Below, piece by piece: positions 8,375 through 17,100 of a DNA stretch of 35,031 nucleotides. Location of the stretch: positions 1-35,031 of IMG/VR virus record IMGVR_UViG_3300013767_000206; one strand, written 5' to 3'. The notes beneath the pieces were generated by a model. That model was given only the letters and a program-made list of their open reading frames with translations. It did not search any database and had not been told where the DNA came from. Within the stretch, counting starts at the first letter, position 1; each line of letters starts with the position of its first letter. This stretch comes from a virus. Taxonomy: Duplodnaviria; Caudoviricetes. A program made the position numbers and the translations under genes.

Positions 8375-9049
8375 ATGCTGTACTTTGAGAAATCAGGAGT
8401 AGAACCTGCAAGCTTGGCCGTAGAAAGAGAAAAGCCTTCTGGTAAATATAATCTCGCCGATGTCCTGGAGCAACTTAAGAGAGACTTTAAGAATAAATGT
8501 TATATTTGCGAATTGAAAAATCCAACCTCAATTAATGTAGAGCACTTCGTTCCGCATAAGGATGCTGATGTAAATTTAAAATTTGGTTGGAGCAATTTAT
8601 TCTATGCGTGTTATCACTGCAACAATCTTAAATCGGACAAGTTTATTGATCTGTTAAATTGCACGACAGATGAAGGTATTGAGGGTAAATTAAGATACGA
8701 AGTTCAAGTTATGCCTCATGGAAAGGTAAAGGTTGATGTAGTTGATGCTTCTCGTGAGGCAGAAAATACAAGAGAATTAGTGTTGGCTGCCTATAACGGT
8801 ACAACAAGCTTGAAAAAACTTGAAGGTGCAAATATTAGGGAGGTTTTAATACAAGATGTAAGGCAGTTTACAAATTTGCTGTTTGATTTTTATGCTGCAG
8901 ATGACAATGATTTAAATGATGAAGACAAGGCAGCGCTTAAATTGGGTATTCAAAGACACATATCCAAGTCGGCAGGATTTGCAAGCTTTAAACGTTTGGT
9001 TATTCGTGAGAATGAATTATTTATGAGTGATTTTGGTGAGTTTCTTTGA
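8375..9049 (+). CDS. ptuB: HNH endonuclease, PtuB/Septu-like
   Basis: KCYICE...VEHFVPH...WSNLFYACYHCNNLK; 9 nt downstream of the ATPase. Confidence 0.8.
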   Translation: MLYFEKSGVEPASLAVEREKPSGKYNLADVLEQLKRDFKNKCYICELKNPTSINVEHFVPHKDADVNLKFGWSNLFYACYHCNNLKSDKFIDLLNCTTDEGIEGKLRYEVQVMPHGKVKVDVVDASREAENTRELVLAAYNGTTSLKKLEGANIREVLIQDVRQFTNLLFDFYAADDNDLNDEDKAALKLGIQRHISKSAGFASFKRLVIRENELFMSDFGEFL

Positions 9050-9269
9050 TTTTTTTTGTGGCGCTTATTCTTAATAAAAACTTTAACGGAGTTTAGGAGT
9101 TCAATGGGTGAGCAGTGGTGGATGTAATCTTAAATAAAAACTGTCTCCAAGCCTGACGATTGGGATAAGGTATCCTCGAATTCAGTATTCGCTGCTGGTT
9201 CGAGTGAAGTGGTCAAGCACTTATGGAGCAGGATCTTAGATCTATTGATGTTCAATCCGGGGGGATGGT

Positions 9270-9467
9270 GTGAAACAAAACGATGCTTTTAAAGCACTAC
9301 TCGAGTTGTGGCTTGTTCGTCCTGTTGAGGCCAGACGGAGCCGTGACATTGATCTCTTTACGATGGAGGTGAGCCGTAGCCACCCCCATCTCTTTGAGTT
9401 CCGAAGCGCGGGGAGAAAAGAGAACGCGCTCAAGGCGTTTCTACTTAAGCACACTCACAGTGATTGA
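9270..9467 (+). CDS. Hypothetical protein (65 aa)
   Basis: GTG start after GGGGA; protein-like composition; converges on and overlaps the next gene. Confidence 0.45.
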   Translation: MKQNDAFKALLELWLVRPVEARRSRDIDLFTMEVSRSHPHLFEFRSAGRKENALKAFLLKHTHSD

Positions 9468-9760
9468 AGCGCGGCTTTGCTGATCTCGTAGGGATCGAGC
9501 AGGCGCAGACAGTCGGTGATACGAAGTGGCTGCGCCTGTTCTTGCAATACTGCGTCTAGGCTGGCATTGAACCGTGCCAGTGTCTCGGCGGGCATCTCCT
9601 CCATCCTCTCCAGTACCTTGACCGCGGCATTGGCGCTGCTGCTGTAGTTGGGCAGTGGGAAGTCCGCTCTCATTACTAGCTCTTCTGGAAACCCGAACAC
9701 CTTGATGGCGACCTGTTCGTCCAGCTCTTCCAGATAGGGGGCTACGTCTCTTTCTCGCAT
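9455..9760 (-). CDS. Phage ABA-sandwich / BC1872-like protein (101 aa)
   Basis: ELDEQVAIKVFG...PNYSSSANAAVKVLE...EISKAAL fits the remembered ELD..VA..V.G / P.YS / AI..AAL pattern; AAGGA RBS. Confidence 0.6.
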   Translation of the reverse strand: MRERDVAPYLEELDEQVAIKVFGFPEELVMRADFPLPNYSSSANAAVKVLERMEEMPAETLARFNASLDAVLQEQAQPLRITDCLRLLDPYEISKAALQSL

Positions 9761-9761
9761 T

Positions 9762-9878
9762 TCAGTCTTCCTTTTCTTGCAGGTTTTCCAGCCGCATTTC
9801 CAGCTGGGAGAGCGTGCGGTCGATGAAGGGCTTGAAGCCTGGCAGGGTGATGGGCATTTCGGGCATGTGGTCCAGGCG
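9762..9878 (-). pseudogene. Remnant of the 3' end of a second gene D
   Basis: 9809-9878 matches 12611-12680 at 59/70 nt; translates RLDHMPEMPITLPGFKPFIDRTLSQLEMRLENLQEKED* versus gpD RPDLMPEVPVTVSGFKPIIDRTL...LEMRLDQLEESP*. Confidence 0.88.
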
Positions 9879-9989
9879 TCTTATGAGGCGCGTTTGGTTT
9901 CGCCCGTTGGTTGCTTACGCTGTTCGCATGGTAGTGCGTGCCACTTACCAAAGGCGTGCAAGTTCGTTGTTTTGACGCGTGGGACACCA

Positions 9990-10346
9990 AGCTCTGTCGA
10001 TCGGCTGTACAAGCCTGCTCTCAAGGTTCATCTCCATACGCCACCATTCATCCATACAGCAGCGAATGGCCATCAAAGTCTAGAGTCCGGCGCTGCCGAC
10101 CCTGCGTGGTGGCTGCGCGCGTGCACTTACCTGGAGAAGGTGCTGTGCTTTAGCCGAACGGGAAAGACGGAGGAGCGGCTCGACGAGGCGATCCACCAGT
10201 CGTTCGAACGAGGTGATCTTGTCTTGCTGGCCGGGTGGGACAACTGGTCTGGTAACTATCTGCTCACTGAGTCCGACGAAGGGGATAAGGTGCTTCACCA
10301 TCTGTTCTGCGAGGTAGTTTCGAACGATGCCTCCCAACCCTGTTAG
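9990..10346 (+). CDS. Hypothetical protein, 5' end uncertain (possibly damaged)
   Basis: 3' part of ORF 9777-10346 looks protein-like (AGWDNWSGNYLLTESDEGD); its 5' part is antisense of the D remnant; start coordinate approximate. Confidence 0.4.
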   Translation, partial: SSVDRLYKPALKVHLHTPPFIHTAANGHQSLESGAADPAWWLRACTYLEKVLCFSRTGKTEERLDEAIHQSFERGDLVLLAGWDNWSGNYLLTESDEGDKVLHHLFCEVVSNDASQPC

Positions 10347-10371
10347 GCGGTGGGGGGAAAGAGTACATATC

Positions 10372-10427
10372 ACGGTCTGACTGTCAGATTGCACCCAGAG
10401 CGCCGCTTCCCGAAAGGGCACCGGCGC
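10372..10427 (+). repeat. Second copy of the post-repressor hairpin element
   Basis: 10372-10405 matches 7021-7054 at 29/34 nt, then the same CCC-GAAA-GGG...CGGCGC hairpin. Confidence 0.85.
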
Positions 10428-10531
10428 ACTTTCACGCCCAGCAACCTACATGCGTTTGTCGTACAATTGGTTGTTTGGCGATGCTGATGTGTCGGCACGA
10501 CCAACCAGATCAGAAGACAGAAGAGGGAAGC

Positions 10532-11098
10532 ATGGCATTCAACTTCAAGACCGCCTCGAAAGAAGAGCTCAAGGCCGAGTACGACCGGATCGCGAAGGAA
10601 ATTGGCGACGATCAATTTTTCACGAAGAAGGAGCTGAACCATCTGCCTGAGGTGCTGGCCGAGGGTGAGCAGGTGCTCGCCTTCAGCTCCGGTCTGATGG
10701 ATAGCAATACCTGGCTGATCGCCCTGACAGACAGCCGCATCATCTTCTTGGATAAAGGCCTGATCTTTGGCCTGAAGCAGACGGCAATCGAGCTCGACAA
10801 GGTAAACGCCGTCTCCGGCAAGACTGGGCTGTTTTTTGGCAAGATCCTGATTGAGGATGGTGCTTCGCAACGCACGATCGACAACGTACTGAAGAAGTCG
10901 GTAATCCCATTCGTCAACAAGGTGCGTGATGCGATCAACGCGCGGAAGCAGCACCGCCCACAGCATGCAGTCGCAGCGGCCGCACCGTCCGACGACCCGG
11001 CCGCACGCCTGGAGAAGCTGAGTGCGATGCTGGCGAAGGGACTGATCTCTGACATCGAGTTCGCCGAGCAGAAGTCCCGTATCCTGAGCTCGATCTGA
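10532..11098 (+). CDS. Bacterial PH-domain (bPH_3/YokE-like) protein with C-terminal SHOCT domain
   Basis: L.EGEQV..SG...WLIALTDSRIIFLDKG; C-terminal LEKLSAMLAKGLISDIEFAEQKSRIL; GAGGGA RBS. Confidence 0.85.
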   Translation: MAFNFKTASKEELKAEYDRIAKEIGDDQFFTKKELNHLPEVLAEGEQVLAFSSGLMDSNTWLIALTDSRIIFLDKGLIFGLKQTAIELDKVNAVSGKTGLFFGKILIEDGASQRTIDNVLKKSVIPFVNKVRDAINARKQHRPQHAVAAAAPSDDPAARLEKLSAMLAKGLISDIEFAEQKSRILSSI

Positions 11099-11231
11099 CA
11101 GGGCCAGGAATTAGGCGGTCACGGTTCAAACAGGCTTGGCTCAGGGGACCTCAGATAGCCGAAAGCGCGAGAACGCACTAGGCAAGACAGGCTAGACAGA
11201 CGCCGTCCGTCGCCCCCTAGACCGTTGAATT

Positions 11232-11278
11232 TTGTCAACAATGGCCACACGTGTAGAATGCAACTAAATTTTAGTTGC
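11232..11278 (+). promoter_or_regulatory. hicA promoter and perfect palindromic operator
   Basis: TTGTCA-16 nt-TAGAAT followed at once by GCAACTAAA-T-TTTAGTTGC (11260-11278). Confidence 0.75.
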
Positions 11279-11306
11279 GCGCAACGGCCTTCTTGATACC
11301 ATTGGC

Positions 11307-11573
11307 ATGTCAAAAGTAGATAAAGCACTGAGCCGGTTGTGTAGCAACCCAAGGCCGAAGGACTTCACTTGGGACGAACTCGTCCTCGTGATGACCAACC
11401 ACGGGTTCGTGTTGCACACAGGCTCTGGCGGCTCCGGGCGGAAGTTTATCCACCCTAAAAGCGAGCACCCATTACAACTACATGAGCCACACCCAGATTC
11501 CATACTGAAAGCGTATGCAATCAAGGCCGCAATTAAAGCATTAAGAGAGTCAGGAGAGTTGAACGATGAGTGA
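11307..11573 (+). CDS. hicA: HicA-family toxin
   Basis: DFTWDEL....GF....GGSGRKF.H.....LHEPHP...LKAYAI; overlaps hicB by 8 nt. Confidence 0.88.
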   Translation: MSKVDKALSRLCSNPRPKDFTWDELVLVMTNHGFVLHTGSGGSGRKFIHPKSEHPLQLHEPHPDSILKAYAIKAAIKALRESGELNDE

Positions 11574-12036
11574 CCTACTAGAGTACAAAGGCTTCTTTGG
11601 CTCGGTTGGGTACAGCGCCGAGGATGAATGCCTTGTCGGAGAAGTTTTGTTTATTGACGGTACTATTGTTTATGCCGGCGATAGCGCCAGTGAAATAAAG
11701 CAGATGTTTGAAGAAGCCGTTGATGGTTATCTTGAAATGTGCGCTGAAAGAGAAATTGAAGCGCAGAAGCCATTCAAAGGTTCATTCAATGTTCGCGTTG
11801 ATCCAGCGGTTCATAAGCAGGCTGCAATCGAGGCAAAGCGTGCTGGCGTTTCATTAAACGCATTTGTCGGCGAGGCGATTCTTGAGAAATTAAACCCTCG
11901 CCAATTGCATCATCATACCCATATTCATGAAGCAGAAACTCTTGCTCCAGATGTTAGCAGCTTCTTCGAGTCTGTAATGCGGAAGCCTGATGCTGTACGT
12001 GAGGTCCGCACGGAGGAAACCACTCTATGTCACTAG
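11566..12036 (+). CDS. hicB: HicB-family antitoxin with ~46 aa C-terminal extension (putative chaperone-addiction tail)
   Basis: LEYKGFFGSV.YS.ED, FEEAVDGYL, KPFKGSFNVRV.P.VH, GVSLNAFV; extra tail after residue ~110. Confidence 0.9.
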   Translation: MSDLLEYKGFFGSVGYSAEDECLVGEVLFIDGTIVYAGDSASEIKQMFEEAVDGYLEMCAEREIEAQKPFKGSFNVRVDPAVHKQAAIEAKRAGVSLNAFVGEAILEKLNPRQLHHHTHIHEAETLAPDVSSFFESVMRKPDAVREVRTEETTLCH

Positions 12037-12452
12037 CAAGACTATACGAGATTAGAGTTGATAGCCTTCAGCTTGAAAGCTTTATGAACCAAGGCGATGG
12101 CCATATTGGTTCCAAAATCCAATACTCTGCAAATACTGGACTTGTTTTTAGTGCTGGAGGGAAAGATGAATCCAAGTATATATTGGGCCGGGCCCCAACT
12201 GTAGTTGAGGCCCGAGACGATGATAACCAGCTGCTAGACCTGAAATGCACTTTCCTTGCACGCTTTGATTTTGATGACAATAGCGTGTCAGTCGCGGAGC
12301 TGGAGTCGTTTGTCAGAGATAAAGATTATTGCGATAAGTTGACTTTACAGCTCATCCCAATTCTTAATGAAAAGATCGCTGATCTAGTGAAGCTTTCCGG
12401 TCTTGATATGGAGTCACCTCTGAACGCCATTACATTCAGAGCTAAATTTTGA
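12027..12452 (+). CDS. Putative SecB-like chaperone of a toxin-antitoxin-chaperone operon
   Basis: 141 aa; alternating beta-strand segments then LIPILNEKIADLVKLSG..P helix as in SecB-like proteins; overlaps hicB by 10 nt. Confidence 0.68.
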   Translation: MSLARLYEIRVDSLQLESFMNQGDGHIGSKIQYSANTGLVFSAGGKDESKYILGRAPTVVEARDDDNQLLDLKCTFLARFDFDDNSVSVAELESFVRDKDYCDKLTLQLIPILNEKIADLVKLSGLDMESPLNAITFRAKF

Positions 12453-12473
12453 GTAGATATTACACTACCCGCG

Positions 12474-12517
12474 CTTAAACAAGATGGCCCCGCATTTGCG
12501 GGGCCATCTTGTTTAAG
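12474..12517. terminator. Bidirectional terminator, 21-bp perfect inverted repeat
   Basis: CTTAAACAAGATGGCCCCGCA-tt-TGCGGGGCCATCTTGTTTAAG between convergent genes, overlapping the D stop. Confidence 0.8.
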
Positions 12518-13673
12518 GCGATTCTTCAAGTTGATCTAGGCGCATTTCCAGCCGCAACTGGTTGGTGTAGCCACCGCTGTCGAGGGTGTGCTCGACACTG
12601 GCCAGCAGCCAGAGCGTGCGGTCGATGATGGGCTTGAAACCGGACACGGTGACGGGCACTTCTGGCATCAGGTCCGGGCGGCCCATGGCCAGGGTGAGGC
12701 TGAGTTCGGCCAGGCCGCGCTGCATGCGTTCCCAGGTTGCGCGAGCTGCACGGGTGGCGGTGGCTTTGCTGGCGTAGACGTGGCGCAGCACTTTGACGTT
12801 GTCGGCGGCTGCCTCGATGGGGGGCTGATTGACGGCGGCCAGCTTGGTGCGCTTGCTGTCCTTTCCCTTCTTGGTCTTGCCGTGCACGCGCTTGAACTCG
12901 GACTTGGCGTCGACGGTGACTTCGCCTTTCTTGGCGCCGGCGGTGTCCTGCCAGAAGGTTTTGACGGCGGTGTAGTTTTGGCGCTCGGCGATGCTGAAGG
13001 TGTGACGGTCGCCCTCGCTGCGGGCGATGTGCACCGGCTCGATGGGCTGGCCGCTGGCGGTCTGCCCCATGCCGGCCTTGAAGAACAGCAGGCGTTTCGA
13101 CTTCACCGTCGACACGGCGTCGTGCTGTTCGGCCAACCGGGTGAGCAGGTTCGCGTCGCTTTCGCTGGTTTGGTCGAGGTGATCGACCAACAGCTTTTTG
13201 AACTCCTCGCCGACGACGTGGAGCAGGTTGTTCTGGGTGGCGATGGTGGCGACAATTTCGCCGATGGTCTTGCGGTGGAACGATCGCTCGCGCTTGGCGG
13301 TGAGCCCCTGGCGCAGGTCGGCACTGCGCCCGCGCAGGGCGAGGGTGTCCGGCGCGCCGCTGTGCTCGACCTCGTCGACGGTGAATTCGCCTTTGTCGAC
13401 CAGTTGTTGGCCTTCCCAGCCGATCAGCACTTGTAGACGGGCATTGCGCGGCGGAATGTCGAGCAGGCCGTCGCTGTCGTCGAGCTGGATTTCCACCTGA
13501 TCGGCCTCGAACGCGCGATTGTCGGTGATGTGCAGGCTCATGAGCCGGTCGCGGAATCGGCTGGTGATGTCCTGGCCGTTGAGCAGGATCTGATAGGCCG
13601 GGGTGCGATCCTGTTCGGCCAACGGGTTGTCGAAGCCGGGAATCGACGGGGCGTTGAGTGCCTGGAAGGTCAT
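12513..13673 (-). CDS. gpD: Late control / baseplate hub protein D
   Basis: TDNRAFEADQ.EI.LDDSDG, DKGEFTVDEVEHSGAPD, DQTSESD. Confidence 0.95.
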   Translation of the reverse strand: MTFQALNAPSIPGFDNPLAEQDRTPAYQILLNGQDITSRFRDRLMSLHITDNRAFEADQVEIQLDDSDGLLDIPPRNARLQVLIGWEGQQLVDKGEFTVDEVEHSGAPDTLALRGRSADLRQGLTAKRERSFHRKTIGEIVATIATQNNLLHVVGEEFKKLLVDHLDQTSESDANLLTRLAEQHDAVSTVKSKRLLFFKAGMGQTASGQPIEPVHIARSEGDRHTFSIAERQNYTAVKTFWQDTAGAKKGEVTVDAKSEFKRVHGKTKKGKDSKRTKLAAVNQPPIEAAADNVKVLRHVYASKATATRAARATWERMQRGLAELSLTLAMGRPDLMPEVPVTVSGFKPIIDRTLWLLASVEHTLDSGGYTNQLRLEMRLDQLEESP

Positions 13674-14098
13674 AGCAGCAGCCCCTTGATGATGCTGGCG
13701 AGGTCGCCCAGCTTGGCGGTGTTTTCCTCGCGCTTGAGCTGCAGGGTAAATTCGTAGCGGCGGGCGGCGCCGTCGCTGAAGAAAACCGACTTGGTGATGT
13801 CCAGTGACTCGATCACGAACAGCCCGAGCATGGCGCCGGTGCCCTCGATGAGCGGCCAGGACCGCCCCTGGTTGGCCATGGTCTCGATGGTTTCCAGCGA
13901 CAGGCGGCCTCCGGTGATTTCCGGCAGCAGTACGCCCGACAAGGTGATGGTTTCGTCGTCGACGCCCAGGAACTGGCTGGCCGGCCTGGCGCCGACGCGG
14001 CTGTTACTAGGGTGGCGCCACGCGACGCGGCGTTTGAATTCCTGATAGGGCAGGGTGTTGATGCTGAAGACGAACAGGCCCAGCGTCATCATGGCCAT
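13670..14098 (-). CDS. gpU: Tail protein U
   Basis: MMTLGLFVFS..TLPYQ...WRHPSNSRVG.RP..QFLG. Confidence 0.93.
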   Translation of the reverse strand: MAMMTLGLFVFSINTLPYQEFKRRVAWRHPSNSRVGARPASQFLGVDDETITLSGVLLPEITGGRLSLETIETMANQGRSWPLIEGTGAMLGLFVIESLDITKSVFFSDGAARRYEFTLQLKREENTAKLGDLASIIKGLLL

Positions 14099-14109
14099 GG
14101 GGTGATGTC

Positions 14110-17100
14110 CTAGTCGTTGTCGGTGAGTTTGCTGCGGCCGCGCGCAGCCTTCTGGCGCTCGCGCTTGTCCAGCTCGGCGACGACCAGGCGGGCGAGCTGC
14201 TTCTCGTCCATGCCCGGCGTCGGGTAGATGTTGATGGTGTATTGCCCGGCCGATGCCGGCGCCGCCGCGGCTGGGGCACGGGCGGCGACGGGCGGGCGGG
14301 TGTCGATGGGCACGGACTCGGCCGGTGCCGTACCGGACAGCACCAGCCCGGCAAGCGCGGCGCTGGCCTGCTTGGCCATGCCCCGCACCACGTCGAGCGG
14401 GCCGCTTGATGGCGCTGTGATGGTTGGCGCCGGCAGGGTGATGCCCGATGCCGAGGCGATGAGCCCTTTGGCCATGCCGGCAATGGTGGCCAGCGGGCCT
14501 CCCTGGTTGTTGGCCAGCCCCTGATCCAGTCCGGCCATGGTCCAGCCGCCCAGCTGGGCGAACACGCGGGACGGGGAGTGGATGCCGAGTTTTTCCTTGA
14601 ACCAGTTGATGGTGCTTTCGCCGGCGCCCTGGATGGTGCTCTTGACCAGGGCGAGGCCATTGGTGATGCCGCCGACCAGCCCCTGCATGATGTTGAGGCC
14701 GAACTGGGTGAAGCGGCTGGGCAGGCTGGCCATAAACGCCATGATGCTGTCCCAGTGGCGATAGATGATCCCCATCAGCGACCAGTTCATGAACACGGAA
14801 ACAACGAACTGAGCGGTGGCGGCGGCCATGCTCTTGATCCATTCCCAACCGGTGGCGAAGGCTTGCTTGATCTGGTCGACAAGCCCCCAGAATTTCGGGC
14901 CGATGACTTCCCAGTTGCTCCACAGGTAATAGGCCAGGGCTGCGATGGCGGTGATGATGAGGCCGATGCCGGTGCCGAGCAGTAGGCGCGACAACAGCCA
15001 CATGGTTCTGCCGACGACACCGGCGGTCATGGTGATGATACGGATGAGGCCCATGCCAAAGCGGCCAACGAAGCCGAGCACCGAGGAGAGGGCGCCCCGT
15101 AGTGTGCTGAACTTGCTGCCGATCCAGGTGGCGGCGTTGCCGATGCGGGTGAACAGGACACTCAGGCGGCTGACCTTGCTGCCGGCTTCGGTCGCGTTGG
15201 CGCCGATGCCCAGGATGCGGATGCCCAGCAGCGCGAAGCCGTAGCGAGTGATGACCAGTGGCCCGAGCATGGCGGCGAGCGCGAGCGTAATGGCGCCCAT
15301 GGCCGTGACGACAACGGCCGCGACCGCGCCCCACTTCATCAGCGAGGCGGTGAGCGCCGGGTTGGCCTCCATCCAGGCTTCCGCCTTGTCGAGCAGCGAG
15401 CCGACGGTATCCATGATCTGGATCAGTTCGCCGCGCAGCTTCGCGCCGGCAGTGGAGTCGGCTGCGAATATGCGGTTTGTGAACATCTGCCAGCGGGCGG
15501 ACAGAGTTTCGAGCCGGGCCGAGAATTCCCGCTCCATGGAGCCCTTGGCCGCGTCGCCATTGGCCAATTTGAGCTGGCGCTTCAGTTCCTCAGGTTTGTC
15601 GACCAGCTTGGCCAAGGTGTCGGAGTGTTCCATGCCGACCAGCTCGACCATGACACCGATGCGTTTATCCTTGGGCAGCTTCTGGATGTGCTCGATGATG
15701 TTGAACATCGTGCCCATCGCATCCTTGGCCATGCCCTTCTGCACGGCCCCGGCCGACAGGCCGATTTCCTTGAGCGAAGTCTTGAACTTGTTGGTGCCTT
15801 TTTCGGCGGCGGCGAACTTCTGCACCATGGCATTGATGGCGGTGGCTGCGGTTTCCGGCCGCTCGCCCAGGGTGAGCAGGGTGGAGGCCAGCGCGGCGGC
15901 GGCCTTGTCTGTCATCTTGACGGTGGAGACGACGCCCGAGATGCGGTTGAGCACGTCGATGATGTCGCCGCCCTTGCTGATGGCGTTGTCGTCCAGGTAG
16001 TTGATGGTGTCGGCAAGGGCGCGGATCTGGGTGACCGGGATTTTGAAGTTCTTGGCGACCTTACCCATGCTCTCGGCGATCTCGTCCGGCACAGCGTCGA
16101 AGGCGGTGGCCATCATGGCGACGGTGCGGGTGAACTCGATGAGCTCGCCGCGCGGCACTTCCATGCGCGCGCCGGCGGTGACCATTTCGGCGATCTGGTT
16201 GGTGGGAATGGGCAGCTCGCGGCCGAGCTGTTTCACCTGGCGGGCCATGTCGTGATAGACGCTGGTGAGCTTGCCGGAGCTGTCGCGAGCGCCGTCGACC
16301 TGGCGAGCGATGCCGAGCATGGCGTCTTCGAACGTCACGTAGTCCCGCACCGACTTGGCGATTGGGGCACCGATGGCGGCACCGGTGGCCGTCATGGCGA
16401 CGCCGGCCCCGGCCATCTGACCGCGCATGGCGTTCTGCTTGTCGTAGCCGGCACGCGCGGCGTGCAGGCGCTGCTGGCGCTTGTTTAGGCTGTCGAGCTT
16501 TGCTTGCTGCTTTTCCAGCGCCGCGGTGGCAGCGGTGACGCTGGCTTTGAGTTCCTGCTCGCGGGCGGCCAGTTGGTGGGTTTGCACGCCAGCTTTGGTC
16601 AGTTGCTCCCGGGTGTTGCGGATGCGTTCGGCCAAGGTGGCGCGCTTCTGGCTGTTCTCTTCGATGCGCCGTGTTTCGAGCTGGATGGCGTCCTTGGCAC
16701 GCCGCATGGTGTTGACGTTGCGGGTGTGCTGCTTCTGAAGTTCTTCGAGCTCGTACTTCTGCTTGGCGATGGCGGAGGTGTAGTTGCCGGCCAGCTTGGG
16801 GAATTTAATAAGGGCTTCGTTGAGGTCGTCGTACCTGCGCTGAGCGACCTTGAGCTTGGCGGCGACGGCGGTCTGCTCATTCTTGGTCAAGCCGAGTTGG
16901 CGGCGGTGGTCGTCGAGCTTCTTGTTCGAGGCGGCAAGGGCGTCGCTCGATGCCTTGGACTGCTCGCGCAGCTGCTTCATGCGATCGATAGCGCCTTGCT
17001 GTTTTTCCAGACCCTTGAGGGCGTCTTTGCTTTCACGCACGACGCGCGTGAGTTCTTTGCTGCCGCCCATGATGGACTTGAGCGGCCCCGTCACCCGATC

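Noticed and set aside
7021-9300. Retron-controlled PtuAB (retron type I-A)
   Set aside because: No reverse transcriptase ORF and no msr-msd inverted-repeat arms seen near the ATPase-HNH pair
9777-9990. 5' half of the 189-aa + ORF and the 82-aa minus ORF 9742-9990
   Set aside because: Explained largely as antisense or off-frame readings of the gene D remnant; no convincing RBS
11307-11573. HicA inactive because GSH reads GSG
   Set aside because: A HicA subgroup has GS-x-R/K-F with a downstream HxPHP motif, which is intact here; inactivity cannot be inferred
13670-15334. 554-aa ORF and other long Arg/His/Pro-rich alternative-frame or antisense ORFs across the structural region
   Set aside because: GC-rich shadow frames; only the last 142 codons (gene U) are real
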